Shown piece after piece: positions 1 through 9,911 of a DNA stretch of 64,000 bases; the stretch's first letter is position 1; each line of letters begins with the position of its first letter. The position numbers and the translations under genes are program-made. Source of the stretch: an uncultured Spirochaetota bacterium (lineage in GTDB: Bacteria > Spirochaetota > Spirochaetia > SZUA-6 > Fen-1364). The notes beneath the pieces were generated by a model, which had not been told where the DNA came from, did no database searches, and saw only the letters and a program-made list of their open reading frames with translations. The DNA is taken from assembly GCA_963820525.1 (NCBI GenBank), contig CAWGAA010000001.1, forward strand, positions 285,299 to 349,298. Direction: 5' to 3'.

Positions 1-491
1 CGCTCAGCCGGACCGACCCCATTCTCATCGCGGAAGACGGGAGAGGAGTTTTCTTGAAGGCCTCGGGCCACATCCGCGCCCTCGACTGCTACCCCTTGCG
101 CGAAGAGCTGCTTTCCCGGCTGGACTGCCCGAAGTCCCCGACCGCCGTCTTCATAGAGCTTTCCGACTGCCGATACATGGACTCCACGTTCATCGGCCTC
201 CTCGTCGCCATGGACGGGAGGTTGAAGAGCCACGGCGGGAGGCTCCGCGTTTTCAACCCGTCCGCCGAATGCCTCGAATCCTTGGGCCGTCTCGGGCTGG
301 ACAGGGTGCTGTCTGTCGAGCATGGCCCCCTGGAGCTTCCTCCCGGATCGCGCCCCCTGCCCTACCGGGGGAGCCCCGGGGCTGAGTTCGTTCTGAAAGC
401 CCATGAGGCCCTCATGGAAAAATCCGAAGAGGCGAAAAAGAAGTTCAGCCTGCTCAAGGAGATGCTTGAGAAAAAGCTCAGGAAGGGCTAG
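1..491 (+). CDS. STAS-domain protein (anti-sigma-factor antagonist-like), 5' end truncated by window edge
   Basis: The frame is open from position 3 with no stop. It has a DSTFIGLL motif around a phosphorylatable Ser, typical of SpoIIAA/STAS. The C-terminus is a Lys/Glu-rich tail. Confidence 0.5.
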   Translation, partial: LSRTDPILIAEDGRGVFLKASGHIRALDCYPLREELLSRLDCPKSPTAVFIELSDCRYMDSTFIGLLVAMDGRLKSHGGRLRVFNPSAECLESLGRLGLDRVLSVEHGPLELPPGSRPLPYRGSPGAEFVLKAHEALMEKSEEAKKKFSLLKEMLEKKLRKG

Positions 492-497
492 CGATGC

Positions 498-941
498 TCA
501 GGGCCTCCCGGGCCCCGAACCTCGCCCTCTCAGCGCCTTCGAATCGAGGTAGTCCCGAAGGAAGAGCGACGCGGCAATGGCATCCACTTTTTCCTTGGCC
601 GTGCGGCGGGTCTTGCCGACGGCGGCGAGAATTTCTTCCGCTCTCCTGCTGGACCAGCTTTCGTCCCAGAGGGTGCACGCCGAGCCGCGAGCCGCCAGCC
701 GCTGGCAGAGCAGCCGCGAGCGTTCGCATCCCTCCCCTTCCCTGCCGTCATCCCGCACGGGATAGCCCACCACCACGAGATCGACCTCTTTCTCGCGGCA
801 CAGATCGATCAGCTTCGCCGTGAGCCTGTCCAGGGATGTGAAGGGGATGGTAGCGAAGGGCGAGGCGATCATGCCGAGCGGATCCGTCAGGGCCAGGCCA
901 ACACGCCGGGTGCCGAGGTCCACGGCGAGGGTCCGTCCCAC
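498..941 (-). CDS. ruvX: Holliday junction resolvase-like protein RuvX/YqgF
   Basis: N-terminus is MGRTLAVDLGTRRVGLALTD, the classic YqgF RNase H-fold start. It is ~147 aa. Confidence 0.8.
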   Translation of the reverse strand: MGRTLAVDLGTRRVGLALTDPLGMIASPFATIPFTSLDRLTAKLIDLCREKEVDLVVVGYPVRDDGREGEGCERSRLLCQRLAARGSACTLWDESWSSRRAEEILAAVGKTRRTAKEKVDAIAASLFLRDYLDSKALRGRGSGPGRP

Positions 942-942
942 C

Positions 943-1491
943 TCAATCCCCTCCGGTATACGTCTTTCCCGCCAGCTCGTAGAGCCGCTTGATCACTTTC
1001 GTGGTGATGTCGATTTCGGGAATGTTGGCCAGGATCAGGTCCGCATAGGCGCCGTCGCTCCTCAGGACCAGGGCGTAGCCGTCTCTCTCCGCGACGTAAT
1101 GGACCGCGTCAAGGATCTCCTTGACTATCGAGGTGGAGAGGATCTTGTCCGCCTGTCTCTTATAGGCTTCCTTCTTGATGCGCTGATAATCGTCGAGGTA
1201 TGCCTTCTTGTCGTTGATCTTCTTTTCCAGCTGGAGGGAAGCGTCCTTGTTTCCGGCCTTGTCCGCGTCGAGCTTCTGGTTCTCGAGGTCGCTTATGTCG
1301 CGGTTCACGGACTGCACCTCTTTCTGGTACGCCACCCTGAAATCCTCAAGCTCCCGAACGGCCTGCGATTCCTTGTAGGAGGTTGTGAGGACCTGGGTCC
1401 AGTTGCATACCGCCACCATGGTCACCTGCTGGCCCCAGAGCGGCAGCCCAAGGACGGCGGCAAAGGCGATACAGACAATCGCGCTCTTCAT
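943..1491 (-). CDS. skp: Periplasmic chaperone Skp/OmpH
   Basis: Has a signal peptide and a coiled-coil Lys/Glu/Gln-rich body of ~180 aa. It lies immediately downstream of bamA, as in skp loci. Confidence 0.75.
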   Translation of the reverse strand: MKSAIVCIAFAAVLGLPLWGQQVTMVAVCNWTQVLTTSYKESQAVRELEDFRVAYQKEVQSVNRDISDLENQKLDADKAGNKDASLQLEKKINDKKAYLDDYQRIKKEAYKRQADKILSTSIVKEILDAVHYVAERDGYALVLRSDGAYADLILANIPEIDITTKVIKRLYELAGKTYTGGD

Positions 1492-1500
1492 TCGGGCCCC

Positions 1501-4041
1501 CTAGAATACGTCCCCGCCGAGGGAGATGATGAAATCGAAGTTCCAGAAGCTCGAGGGATCTCCGAGGAGTCCGGCCTTATAGACCACCTGCCCGTTCTGG
1601 ATCTGGAACTTCTTGCCCAGATACAGCCTGATGGGGAACTGGGGCAGCGTGAAGCGCAGCCCGAACCCGTAGGAGAAATAGAACTGGTTGATGTTGGCGT
1701 TCACGAGGTCCGCCGGGGTCTGCCACAGCCCGACTACATCGAAGAAGCCCGTGAGCCAGAGCAGCTCCTTGGAGATCGGCATACGCAGCTCCACCTTGTT
1801 GTCCCAAAGCGCTTTGCCGTACATCAGGCTCCAACCCCGGCCTATCGTCATGCCGTCGATGTAGAGCAGGTCCGTGGAATCCGTTACCGGCAGCGTCCAT
1901 TGCCAGATCGCGTTTGTAGTGCCCGGCGCGGCCACGTACGCGAACTGAGGCAGGAGCAGCGAGAATCCCGAGTGCGCGGCCAGGACGAACATGAGGCTCC
2001 AGTCCTCGGCAACGGGAACATTGAGGAGCGTGAGGAAGCCTTCGACGAAGGAATCGGTGCGGTTGTAATGCCGGCTGCCGAAGAGCACACCGCCGGTGTA
2101 GGCGAAGGATTGGCTTATCTGGTAGCCCGTGGTGGGAGAGAGCGGGTTGTCCCGCCCGTCCAGGTACACGGTGGCCGAAAGCTGGTCGATGATGTTCCAC
2201 GTATTGAGGTTGTTTCGGACGGTCACGTCGTAGGGACGGTAGAGAGTCGGATCGTAGGTGAGGTAGCGCAGCCGGGTGCTCAGCCCGCCCCGCACGCCGA
2301 AGTACCCGAATATGGGCACCTGCCACCGGTAGCCCGAGTTGAGCCCGAGGCCGATGTCCCAGGAATCGTAGCTCATGAGGTACTGCTTTGGGATGGTCTG
2401 CCCCCGCTGGATCATGGAGAGGTAGTCCGCCTGGTTGGTGAATGGATCGGGGGCCGCGATTGCGGACTGGTCGTCCGTGAAGAATGGGGGAAGGATGTCT
2501 TGCAGCACGTTCTGCATTGTCGAGTGGACAAAGGACAGAGAAATCCCCGCGGACCAGCGCGCGCCGAACATCCACGGTTCCAGGTAGCTCAAGGCGACGG
2601 TCTGCTTGATCGGCGATGCCTCGAGGTCGATGCCGATGGTCTGGCCGGTGCCCATGAAGTTCTTTTCATTCCACTTGACGTTGCCCGAGATCGGGAAGTC
2701 CTGCCCGGAGAAGATGACGCCGAACTGGATGTCCGCGGTGCTCTGCTCCTCGAGGTTGAACACGATGTTCATGAGCCCTTCGGCCGAGCCGATGGGCGTT
2801 TCGGGCTGTATCGAGCTGAAGAACTGAAGGTAGTAGAGGTTTCTGAGGCCTTCGATGATCTTCGTCCGATTGAAGATGTCCCCCTCTTCGAAGGGAAGCT
2901 CCCTGCGCAGGACGAACTCCTTGGTCCGCGTGTTTCCCTTGAAGATGATGTTCTCGATGTGGGCCTTGTCCCTTTCCACGATGTTGAGGGTGTAGGTTAT
3001 CGTCTTCTTCGCGTCGTCTCGCGCCTCCTTCAGATCGAAGGAGTTGAAGATGTAGCCGTTTTCGTAGTAGAGATCCGTGATCCGCTGGATGTCCTTCTGC
3101 AGCTTCTGGAGGCTCAGGACCTTCTGCGGCTTCTGATAGATCAGGTCCGAAAGCCGCGCGGTTATGAACACCGAGTTTCCGGAGAGGTTCAAGCCGCCGA
3201 AGGTCCACTGATCCCCCTCGTTGACGTAGACCGTGAGGACCAGCTGGTTCTTGCCCTGCTGGCTCTGGACCTGCCTGTCCACCCGCTCGATCTTCGAGTC
3301 GATGTACCCATGGTCGGTGTAGTAATCGATGATCGCCTTCTTGTCCTCCTCGAGCTTCGATTCCTGGAACACGCCGGTATCGAAGAGGAAGGGGGGCTTG
3401 GTCTTCATGAGATTTCTCAAGCTGCTCTCCGAGGCGAAGGCGTTGCCCGAGAACCGGACCTCTTTTACGGTTGTCTGCGACCCTTCGGAGATCTCGAAGG
3501 TGACAACGGCGGTATTGTCCTTTTCATCCGTCGTGATTGTGCCGGTGACGGTTGCTTCCGTATACCCCTTGTCCAGGTAGAGGGCGCGGATGGCCGTCTC
3601 ATCCGTCTTCACCTTGGCCTGGCTCACCAGATCGCCCTTCTTGATCACGATCTTGTCCATGATGTCCGGGGTTCTCACCTCCCTGTTGCCCGAGAGGACT
3701 ATGGAGCTCACCGAGGGCCTCTCCTTGACGACGAAATTGACGATGACGGCGGTTTTCGCCTCGTCCGTGGGCTTCGCGTCCCCCTCGATGGTCTCGAAGT
3801 AATCGAGAGCGAAGAGCTTGCCCTGGATCTCCCAGAAAAGATCGATGGAGAAATTGCGGCCGATATACGGCTTCACGATCGTCTGCAGGTCCTTTGCGGC
3901 CACCGTAGCCAGGCCGGTGAAGGTGATATCGTTGATCGGCTTGCCGATGTACCACTCCTCCTGGCTCTGGGCGAAGAGGCTGCCCGGCAGGGATATCAGG
4001 AGGAACATGGCGAAAGCCGCGGTCGTGACACGTCTCATCAT
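1501..4041 (-). CDS. bamA: Outer membrane protein assembly factor BamA (Omp85)
   Basis: 846 aa with a signal peptide, multiple POTRA-like segments, a C-terminal beta-barrel and a terminal aromatic residue (GGDVF). Confidence 0.9.
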   Translation of the reverse strand: MMRRVTTAAFAMFLLISLPGSLFAQSQEEWYIGKPINDITFTGLATVAAKDLQTIVKPYIGRNFSIDLFWEIQGKLFALDYFETIEGDAKPTDEAKTAVIVNFVVKERPSVSSIVLSGNREVRTPDIMDKIVIKKGDLVSQAKVKTDETAIRALYLDKGYTEATVTGTITTDEKDNTAVVTFEISEGSQTTVKEVRFSGNAFASESSLRNLMKTKPPFLFDTGVFQESKLEEDKKAIIDYYTDHGYIDSKIERVDRQVQSQQGKNQLVLTVYVNEGDQWTFGGLNLSGNSVFITARLSDLIYQKPQKVLSLQKLQKDIQRITDLYYENGYIFNSFDLKEARDDAKKTITYTLNIVERDKAHIENIIFKGNTRTKEFVLRRELPFEEGDIFNRTKIIEGLRNLYYLQFFSSIQPETPIGSAEGLMNIVFNLEEQSTADIQFGVIFSGQDFPISGNVKWNEKNFMGTGQTIGIDLEASPIKQTVALSYLEPWMFGARWSAGISLSFVHSTMQNVLQDILPPFFTDDQSAIAAPDPFTNQADYLSMIQRGQTIPKQYLMSYDSWDIGLGLNSGYRWQVPIFGYFGVRGGLSTRLRYLTYDPTLYRPYDVTVRNNLNTWNIIDQLSATVYLDGRDNPLSPTTGYQISQSFAYTGGVLFGSRHYNRTDSFVEGFLTLLNVPVAEDWSLMFVLAAHSGFSLLLPQFAYVAAPGTTNAIWQWTLPVTDSTDLLYIDGMTIGRGWSLMYGKALWDNKVELRMPISKELLWLTGFFDVVGLWQTPADLVNANINQFYFSYGFGLRFTLPQFPIRLYLGKKFQIQNGQVVYKAGLLGDPSSFWNFDFIISLGGDVF

Positions 4042-4073
4042 TCAAGCTCCTTGCTCGCCTCGGGAAGGGCGTT

Positions 4074-7000
4074 TCAGTACGAAAATCTCCAGCGTATGGA
4101 GATCGAGTTGTCGGGAATGAAGAGGCTCTGCGGTGTCTGAGGGGTCAGGGTCCAGTCAAGAAGGAACAGAGGCGTGGCCCATTCGAGGTTGAACTCCACC
4201 TCGCTCTTCAGTCCGGCAACGGAGCTGCCGACGCCGGGGTAGGTGGCCTGTGACTGCAGCCTCATGAGCATCTCCACGAACAAGTCATTTCCCAGATACC
4301 ATCCAAGAGATAGGCTGGTATTGTCAAGAGGATTGATCGCCGTGCCGAAAAGCTTCTGCGCAATGAGGTTCTGGATCAGCTGGGTGCGCAGGGAAAAGGT
4401 GTCCAGCCCCAGGAGCTCCCGCATCTTCTGCTCGAAGGGCCGCAGGATCGCGAACTGGATGGGGATATCGCTTCCCAGGAGCACGGCGGAGACGCCGAGT
4501 CCCTGAGTCTCCGCCCGGGTGACGATGGGCGCACCGATCATCGCCATGATATCGACGTCCAGCCGGGAGGGGTCCGAGGAGAATCGGGGCGAGAACTTGG
4601 ACAGCTTGTTGTCGGCGTCGAGAAAGATCTTCACCTCTTCATTGGTCTTGGCATCCCACTCCCGGATCTCGCCGTGCACGGTGATCCGGGGGTCGAAATC
4701 GGTCTGGTTCTCATCGAAGACGATCCGCCCGCTCTTCAGCACGAAACTCCTGTCGAAGTAGTAGACCTCGCCGCCCTGGATCTCGGTGGTCCCCTTCACC
4801 GTGTAGGCTCCCGAGTCTCCCCGGTAGGTGATGGCCAGAGAGTTTCCCGTTTTGGCCACGGTCCGCACAACGGGAACTTCCATTGAAGGCCAGTTGAACT
4901 CCACCCTCTTTCCCAGCTCAACCCCCAGGGTCAGGAAGGTGGGGGGGTCTTCGGGAACGAATTTTCCCGAAGCCGCCGGGCCCAGAGTGATGCGGCAGTC
5001 TGAGGCGACCATCGAGCCGTTCACCTCGGTGCGTTCCTCGTTGCCGGAGATCTTGATCCGTCCGGAAGCCAGCCCATCCGCGCGCACGGATCCGAATTTC
5101 CCTGTCAGTCGCGCAGAGGTCTGATCCTCCGTGGCGATCTCCACGGTGAAGGAGTTTGGCACCCAGTGGTCAATGGTGAAAGATCCGGAGGCGCTCAGGC
5201 GGGCCGCCCCCGCGGAGGCGAAGACGGTCGGGAAGGAGAAGGTCTTTCCGGTGAAGGAGAGCCGGGTGCTCATTGGCCCCGCCGTGTCCTTGGCGAAGAA
5301 ACAGGAGATGCCGGCATCCGTGACAATAAGGGAGCCGGTGTAATCGGGGTCATTGAGAGGGCCCGCCAGCGCGAGCTCTCCCGAGGCCGTTCCCGAGGCG
5401 AAGGAGACGATCGGGTTCTTGAGGATCGGGTTCAGCACGCGAAGGTCCACGGCGGACATCGACAGCTTCGTGTCGATGCGGTCCCGGATTATTCTTCCCT
5501 CGGCGCTGCCGATCAGGGGAAGCGGCGCCTGAAGCTCCAGCGTAAAAGCCTTGTTCGAGGTGAATGTCCCGTGAATGGAGTTGCCGGGCCCCCCGTCGAA
5601 GCGGAGGATTCCTCCCTCAGTGCGGACATCCATGCCCCAGGAGGGAAAGGCGGTGCCGTTCACCATGATGTCGGACAGGGTCAGCCGGCCGCGCACGGCG
5701 CCCTCGAAGAAGTGCGACGTGAAGCTGTCCCAGCTCGCCGCCTGAACCTGGCCGTCGAGATGGGCCACCGTCTCCACCTTGTCCCCGAAGAATCCTCCCT
5801 GGAAACGAGTCGTGAAGGAGTAGGCGCCCTTGCCGAGCTCGAGGGAGCCCGTGGATTCATTGATCCTGTGGGAGAGGTAGCTCACCGAAAGGTTCTTCAC
5901 CTCGAGGCGGTCTCCCGCCAGCCCCAGGGCGGCGCTCATACCGATGGGATCCGTGCCCAGTCTTCCGTTCAACAGCGTCACCGTCAGGTCCGCGGCTGGA
6001 TTGGTCACCAGGCCGACCACGCGCGCGCTGCCCGTGAGCTCTCCCGCCAGGGCGAACGAGCCGACGCGCTTGAGAGGCACCCCCTTGAACTCTGCCTGCA
6101 CGCTCAAGGATCCCTTCTTGACTCCCCCCCGGACGGCATAGGTTTCCGAGCTGCCCTTCCCCTTGAGATCGACCGTCACCTGCGCGTCGAGGTTGTCGAG
6201 GAAGCGCGGGTCGAAGGGATCGGCTTCGACCTGATAGGTGGCCTTCCCGCTCCCTTCCAGGACGGAAAGCTCGTCCGTGAAGCGCACCCCCGGCACGCTG
6301 AGCGTTCCCGGCATCAGCACGAAAGACATCTCCGTGGTGTTGAGCCGTGACTGCAGGAGCGGCAGGTCAAATACGGCGAGCGATGGGCACGTCACCCACC
6401 AGGGGCCGTTGGCGGGGAATCTTCCCTCCAGGCCGAAGGAAATCTTTCGAAAGCCGCCCCCGAGCGGAAGTGGAAAGCGATCCGCCTTGGCAAGAAGGGT
6501 GTAAACCTTGTCCATATCGGGCGTGAGCTCGACCTCCAGGCCGTAGGAGCCCGTCACTTTCAACCCCGCAAGGGCCGAATATGTTCCCGCAAAGGAGTAC
6601 GGAGTATCCCTGAACGTGATGCCCGAGGAGAAGGCGATTTTATCACGGGAGCTGAACTGCCCCGACAGGTCCCCTTTTACAGTATAGCCGCGCCAGGTCC
6701 CCGAGAATCCGGAAACGGAGAAGCCCCCGCGATCAAGCGTGAAAGCGAAATCCAGCCGCGTTCCTGGATCGTCCCATTTGGACAGCCGGACCGATGTTCC
6801 GGAGATGATGTAGTCCGAAAAATCCGTGGTCAGGGAGAAGCGTGTCGTGAGGGCGAACTGCGAGAGGAAGCCTTCGATATTGCGCTGCTCCCGTGACCCC
6901 GTCGAGCCGGCAACGATCTGCAACAGCTTGTCGGGAGGGACATCGGCAAGGTCCGCGGAAAGGGAGAGGCGCGGATGCTCGCCGATATCGACCAGACCGT

Positions 7001-8366
7001 CCGCCTGCAGGCTGTGCCTGTGGCTTTCCTGGGCGAAGGACAAAGCGAGATGGAACCGGTCGCCGTCCTTGCCGGGCGCCAGAGTGAGATCGAAGACATC
7101 GAAGGGAACGTCGCCGACGCTCATCTCCCTGCCCGTGATCTGAAGAGACCCGCCGCTTCTCTGCAGTGAAATGAGCGCGCTTACACGCTCCCCCCGATAC
7201 ACGTCAAGGTCCGACAGGGCAAGCGTTCCCTGCGGGAGGAAGCTGTCGAGCAGGACGTCTCCGGTGAACTCGGCGTTGCCGGTCGCCGAGGTGAGGCGCA
7301 GCTGCTGCAGGGCGATCCTCTTTTGCGTGCCCGCGAAAGCGCCCGCGACACGCACGTCGCGCACCGGAAGCTGGTCCGGGAAGAAGGCGTCCAGGTCTCC
7401 GCTGTACGAGAGGTTCTTGGCCGCCAGATCGTAGGTCACCTTCCCGGAGGCGGTGATGGAGGCGGAGAGCCATTTATTGTATTTGGACAGCCAACCGGAA
7501 AGCCGCAGAAGCTTGTCGGGCTGGAAGCCCTCGCTCTGGAAATTGAGGGTATAGACATTGCTCGCCAGGTCCGCCAGGAAGTGCATATCGAAGGGGGAAT
7601 GGTCCCATATTTTCCTTGCTTCGATGGTGTTGTTCTTCCAGACGAGCTGGAAGGTCTGGCCGCCCGTGCTGAGCAGGGAAGAGGAGAAGGAAACGACCTT
7701 GAAGGTCAGGTCCGACCAGTCGAGGAGGCGTCCGATCTTCCCCTGGACCTTGAGGGAAGAGGTGAAACCGAAATCGGTTCCCACCGAGCCGTTCGCCCCG
7801 CCGCGGAAGCTCACGGCGAGGGCGTCCGATCTGCTGTCGATCGTGAAGAAGAGGTTCGCGAGCGATACGCTGGCGCCGTCCATCGTGACGTTGAAGCTCA
7901 CGTTGGCTCCCGAGAAGCGCACCCGCAGCCTGTCCTCTCCCTCGCGCGACGTCAGCAGGTTTTCCAATAGCCGTGTAATGTCCGAGTCCCTGCGGACGTC
8001 GATGTCGAACACCGAGTTCTCGATGCTGATTTCCCGCATGGACCCCACGGGGTCTCGGTGCAGAAGGAGCTGCAGGAGGCTGTAGGAGATGCGCATCTTT
8101 CGGATCGTGAGAAGCACCGAGTCGGGATTCGTCGAGTCGTAGATGGAAAGATTTCGGATCTCCATGTACCTGAGCACCGATGGGGAGATGCTCTGATAGC
8201 TGATCTTCCGCCCGACGGCCTTTTCCAGAAGAGCGACGGTTTGCTCTTTCAGCTCCGCCATGCGTTGGGAGAGAGCCCTGTCGAGGACTGCGACGAGCGC
8301 TGCCGTGGCTGCAATGAGGAAAATCGCCGCGAGGACCGCCGAGGCGACGGAAAGAGATTTCTTCAA
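4074..8366 (-). CDS. tamB: Translocation and assembly module protein TamB (AsmA-family giant periplasm-spanning protein)
   Basis: 1430 aa with an N-terminal TM anchor and a long beta-rich body. It sits directly upstream of bamA, as in spirochaete tamB-bamA operons. Confidence 0.8.
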   Translation of the reverse strand: MKKSLSVASAVLAAIFLIAATAALVAVLDRALSQRMAELKEQTVALLEKAVGRKISYQSISPSVLRYMEIRNLSIYDSTNPDSVLLTIRKMRISYSLLQLLLHRDPVGSMREISIENSVFDIDVRRDSDITRLLENLLTSREGEDRLRVRFSGANVSFNVTMDGASVSLANLFFTIDSRSDALAVSFRGGANGSVGTDFGFTSSLKVQGKIGRLLDWSDLTFKVVSFSSSLLSTGGQTFQLVWKNNTIEARKIWDHSPFDMHFLADLASNVYTLNFQSEGFQPDKLLRLSGWLSKYNKWLSASITASGKVTYDLAAKNLSYSGDLDAFFPDQLPVRDVRVAGAFAGTQKRIALQQLRLTSATGNAEFTGDVLLDSFLPQGTLALSDLDVYRGERVSALISLQRSGGSLQITGREMSVGDVPFDVFDLTLAPGKDGDRFHLALSFAQESHRHSLQADGLVDIGEHPRLSLSADLADVPPDKLLQIVAGSTGSREQRNIEGFLSQFALTTRFSLTTDFSDYIISGTSVRLSKWDDPGTRLDFAFTLDRGGFSVSGFSGTWRGYTVKGDLSGQFSSRDKIAFSSGITFRDTPYSFAGTYSALAGLKVTGSYGLEVELTPDMDKVYTLLAKADRFPLPLGGGFRKISFGLEGRFPANGPWWVTCPSLAVFDLPLLQSRLNTTEMSFVLMPGTLSVPGVRFTDELSVLEGSGKATYQVEADPFDPRFLDNLDAQVTVDLKGKGSSETYAVRGGVKKGSLSVQAEFKGVPLKRVGSFALAGELTGSARVVGLVTNPAADLTVTLLNGRLGTDPIGMSAALGLAGDRLEVKNLSVSYLSHRINESTGSLELGKGAYSFTTRFQGGFFGDKVETVAHLDGQVQAASWDSFTSHFFEGAVRGRLTLSDIMVNGTAFPSWGMDVRTEGGILRFDGGPGNSIHGTFTSNKAFTLELQAPLPLIGSAEGRIIRDRIDTKLSMSAVDLRVLNPILKNPIVSFASGTASGELALAGPLNDPDYTGSLIVTDAGISCFFAKDTAGPMSTRLSFTGKTFSFPTVFASAGAARLSASGSFTIDHWVPNSFTVEIATEDQTSARLTGKFGSVRADGLASGRIKISGNEERTEVNGSMVASDCRITLGPAASGKFVPEDPPTFLTLGVELGKRVEFNWPSMEVPVVRTVAKTGNSLAITYRGDSGAYTVKGTTEIQGGEVYYFDRSFVLKSGRIVFDENQTDFDPRITVHGEIREWDAKTNEEVKIFLDADNKLSKFSPRFSSDPSRLDVDIMAMIGAPIVTRAETQGLGVSAVLLGSDIPIQFAILRPFEQKMRELLGLDTFSLRTQLIQNLIAQKLFGTAINPLDNTSLSLGWYLGNDLFVEMLMRLQSQATYPGVGSSVAGLKSEVEFNLEWATPLFLLDWTLTPQTPQSLFIPDNSISIRWRFSY

Positions 8367-8977
8367 TCGAACTTCTCCAAACGAAAGCGGAACCTCACAA
8401 TCCCGCTCGAGCTGTTCTTTGCAAAGCCGTAGTCCCGGGCGAATAGGTATCCGCGCAGCGCCGCCTCCACTCCGGCATCAATTTCAGTATACCCGGAACT
8501 CCTGATGATTTCCACCTTTATTACCGTTCCCAGGGGAGAAACCGTAATCCTCGCCTCGCAATCCGTCTCCTGGCCGGAGGCGCTTAAAATGCGGGGAAAC
8601 TCGACTGCCTGTCTCTGGAGAATGGCGCGCGACTCTCCTTCCCAGCCGATCTCTGGATCGGCATTCGGAGCTGAGGACTGCTGGGCGGCGGATACGACCT
8701 CGGTCGGAGTCACGGAAACCGGTGCCGGCGCATCCGTTTGGGCCGTGCTGTCAATGGTTTTCATGGCAGGATTCTGAGGTCGGGGCGCGGGAAGCGTTTC
8801 ACTTTTCGATGAGTCAGCCGCCGAGGAGCCGGCCTCAGCGGGCTCGAACTCGAAGTTAAGGCTCTTCATGCCGCTCAGGGCGCCGGAAGAACGGACTGAA
8901 AGCCCAACCGGGATGAGCAGGAAGAGCGAATGGATGAGGAGAGCGGCAAACCAGAAATACCACCTGCGAAGGCGCAT
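8363..8977 (-). CDS. TonB C-terminal-domain-like energy transducer protein
   Basis: Has an N-terminal TM helix, a Pro/Ala/Ser-rich linker and a C-terminal ~90-aa TonB-like domain. It overlaps the tamB start by 4 nt. Confidence 0.5.
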   Translation of the reverse strand: MRLRRWYFWFAALLIHSLFLLIPVGLSVRSSGALSGMKSLNFEFEPAEAGSSAADSSKSETLPAPRPQNPAMKTIDSTAQTDAPAPVSVTPTEVVSAAQQSSAPNADPEIGWEGESRAILQRQAVEFPRILSASGQETDCEARITVSPLGTVIKVEIIRSSGYTEIDAGVEAALRGYLFARDYGFAKNSSSGIVRFRFRLEKFD

Positions 8978-9270
8978 CAGGGCGAAGGGGCCGCGGGCTC
9001 CGGGATGCCGAGCAGGAATGCGGGGAACTCAACGGTGATGGACTCCTGCCAGTCTCCCGAGGGAGGCGATACGGGGGGAAGCCAGGAACCCGGCTGCAGA
9101 GAGCTCTCCAGGGGGGGCAAATCGAGCTCTTCGGGCACCCAAGGCTCCGGCACCTCCAGGATTGCCTCGTCGCTTCCCAGAACGAGCACTTCCTGGTCTA
9201 GGGAATCATCCGCCGCGGCGGCGATTGCGGCGAAGAGCGCGAAGAGCATGACAAGGCGAAGGGTTTTCAT
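8977..9270 (-). CDS. Small secreted Pro/Glu-rich hypothetical protein
   Basis: Has a signal peptide. It is the first gene of the tonB-like/tamB/bamA run. Confidence 0.35.
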   Translation of the reverse strand: MKTLRLVMLFALFAAIAAAADDSLDQEVLVLGSDEAILEVPEPWVPEELDLPPLESSLQPGSWLPPVSPPSGDWQESITVEFPAFLLGIPEPAAPSP

Positions 9271-9284
9271 TATGCTTTCTGCCC

Positions 9285-9908
9285 GTGGCTCATACTATAC
9301 AGGAAAGGTTCGTCGTGCTGGAAGGCCTCGATGGAGCGGGAACCACAACCCAGATGCGGCTTCTCGACGAGCGGCTTCGCGCGGGAGGCACGCCCTTTTG
9401 GGCCACATGGGAGCCGACGGACGGGCCCGTCGGCTCCCTCATCCGCTCCATCCTCGCCCATGAAGTCGCCGCCATGCCCCGAACCATTGCAATGCTGTAC
9501 GCAGCGGACAGGAACGAGCACGTCAACCGGCCCGGCGGCATCCTCGCGCGGGCCGCTCGCGGGGAGCTCGTGATTTCCGACCGCTACCTGTTTTCCAGCC
9601 TTGCCTACCAGTCGGTCGAGCTGGGCATCGACTTTGTCGATTCATTGAACTCAGCCTTCCCCCTGCCCCAATGCCTTTTCTTCATCGACACGCCCCTGGA
9701 GGTCTGCCAGAGCCGCCTCTCGCGGCGCGACTCGCGCGAGCTCTTCGACGGACTCGAGTTCCAGGCGCGGGTGCGGGAGGCGTACATGGAGACCATCGAA
9801 AGATACAGGTCCAGCGGCATGCGGATAGAAGTTCTCGAGGGCGAGAAACCTCCGCGTGAGATCCACGAGCAGCTCTGGAAGGTATTGACGGCGCTGCCGA
9901 TAATGTAA
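9285..9908 (+). CDS. tmk: Thymidylate kinase
   Basis: P-loop EGLDGAGTTT with a DRY motif and LID region, 207 aa. Confidence 0.85.
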   Translation: MAHTIQERFVVLEGLDGAGTTTQMRLLDERLRAGGTPFWATWEPTDGPVGSLIRSILAHEVAAMPRTIAMLYAADRNEHVNRPGGILARAARGELVISDRYLFSSLAYQSVELGIDFVDSLNSAFPLPQCLFFIDTPLEVCQSRLSRRDSRELFDGLEFQARVREAYMETIERYRSSGMRIEVLEGEKPPREIHEQLWKVLTALPIM

Positions 9909-9911
9909 GTC

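Noticed and set aside
820-4140. A 1106-aa plus-strand ORF. Several other long plus-strand ORFs at 5166-6350, 7323-7970 and similar positions lie opposite tamB/bamA.
   Set aside because: They are antisense to strongly supported bamA/tamB genes. They have no motifs and a low-complexity Arg/Gly/Val-rich translation typical of open antisense frames in high-GC DNA.
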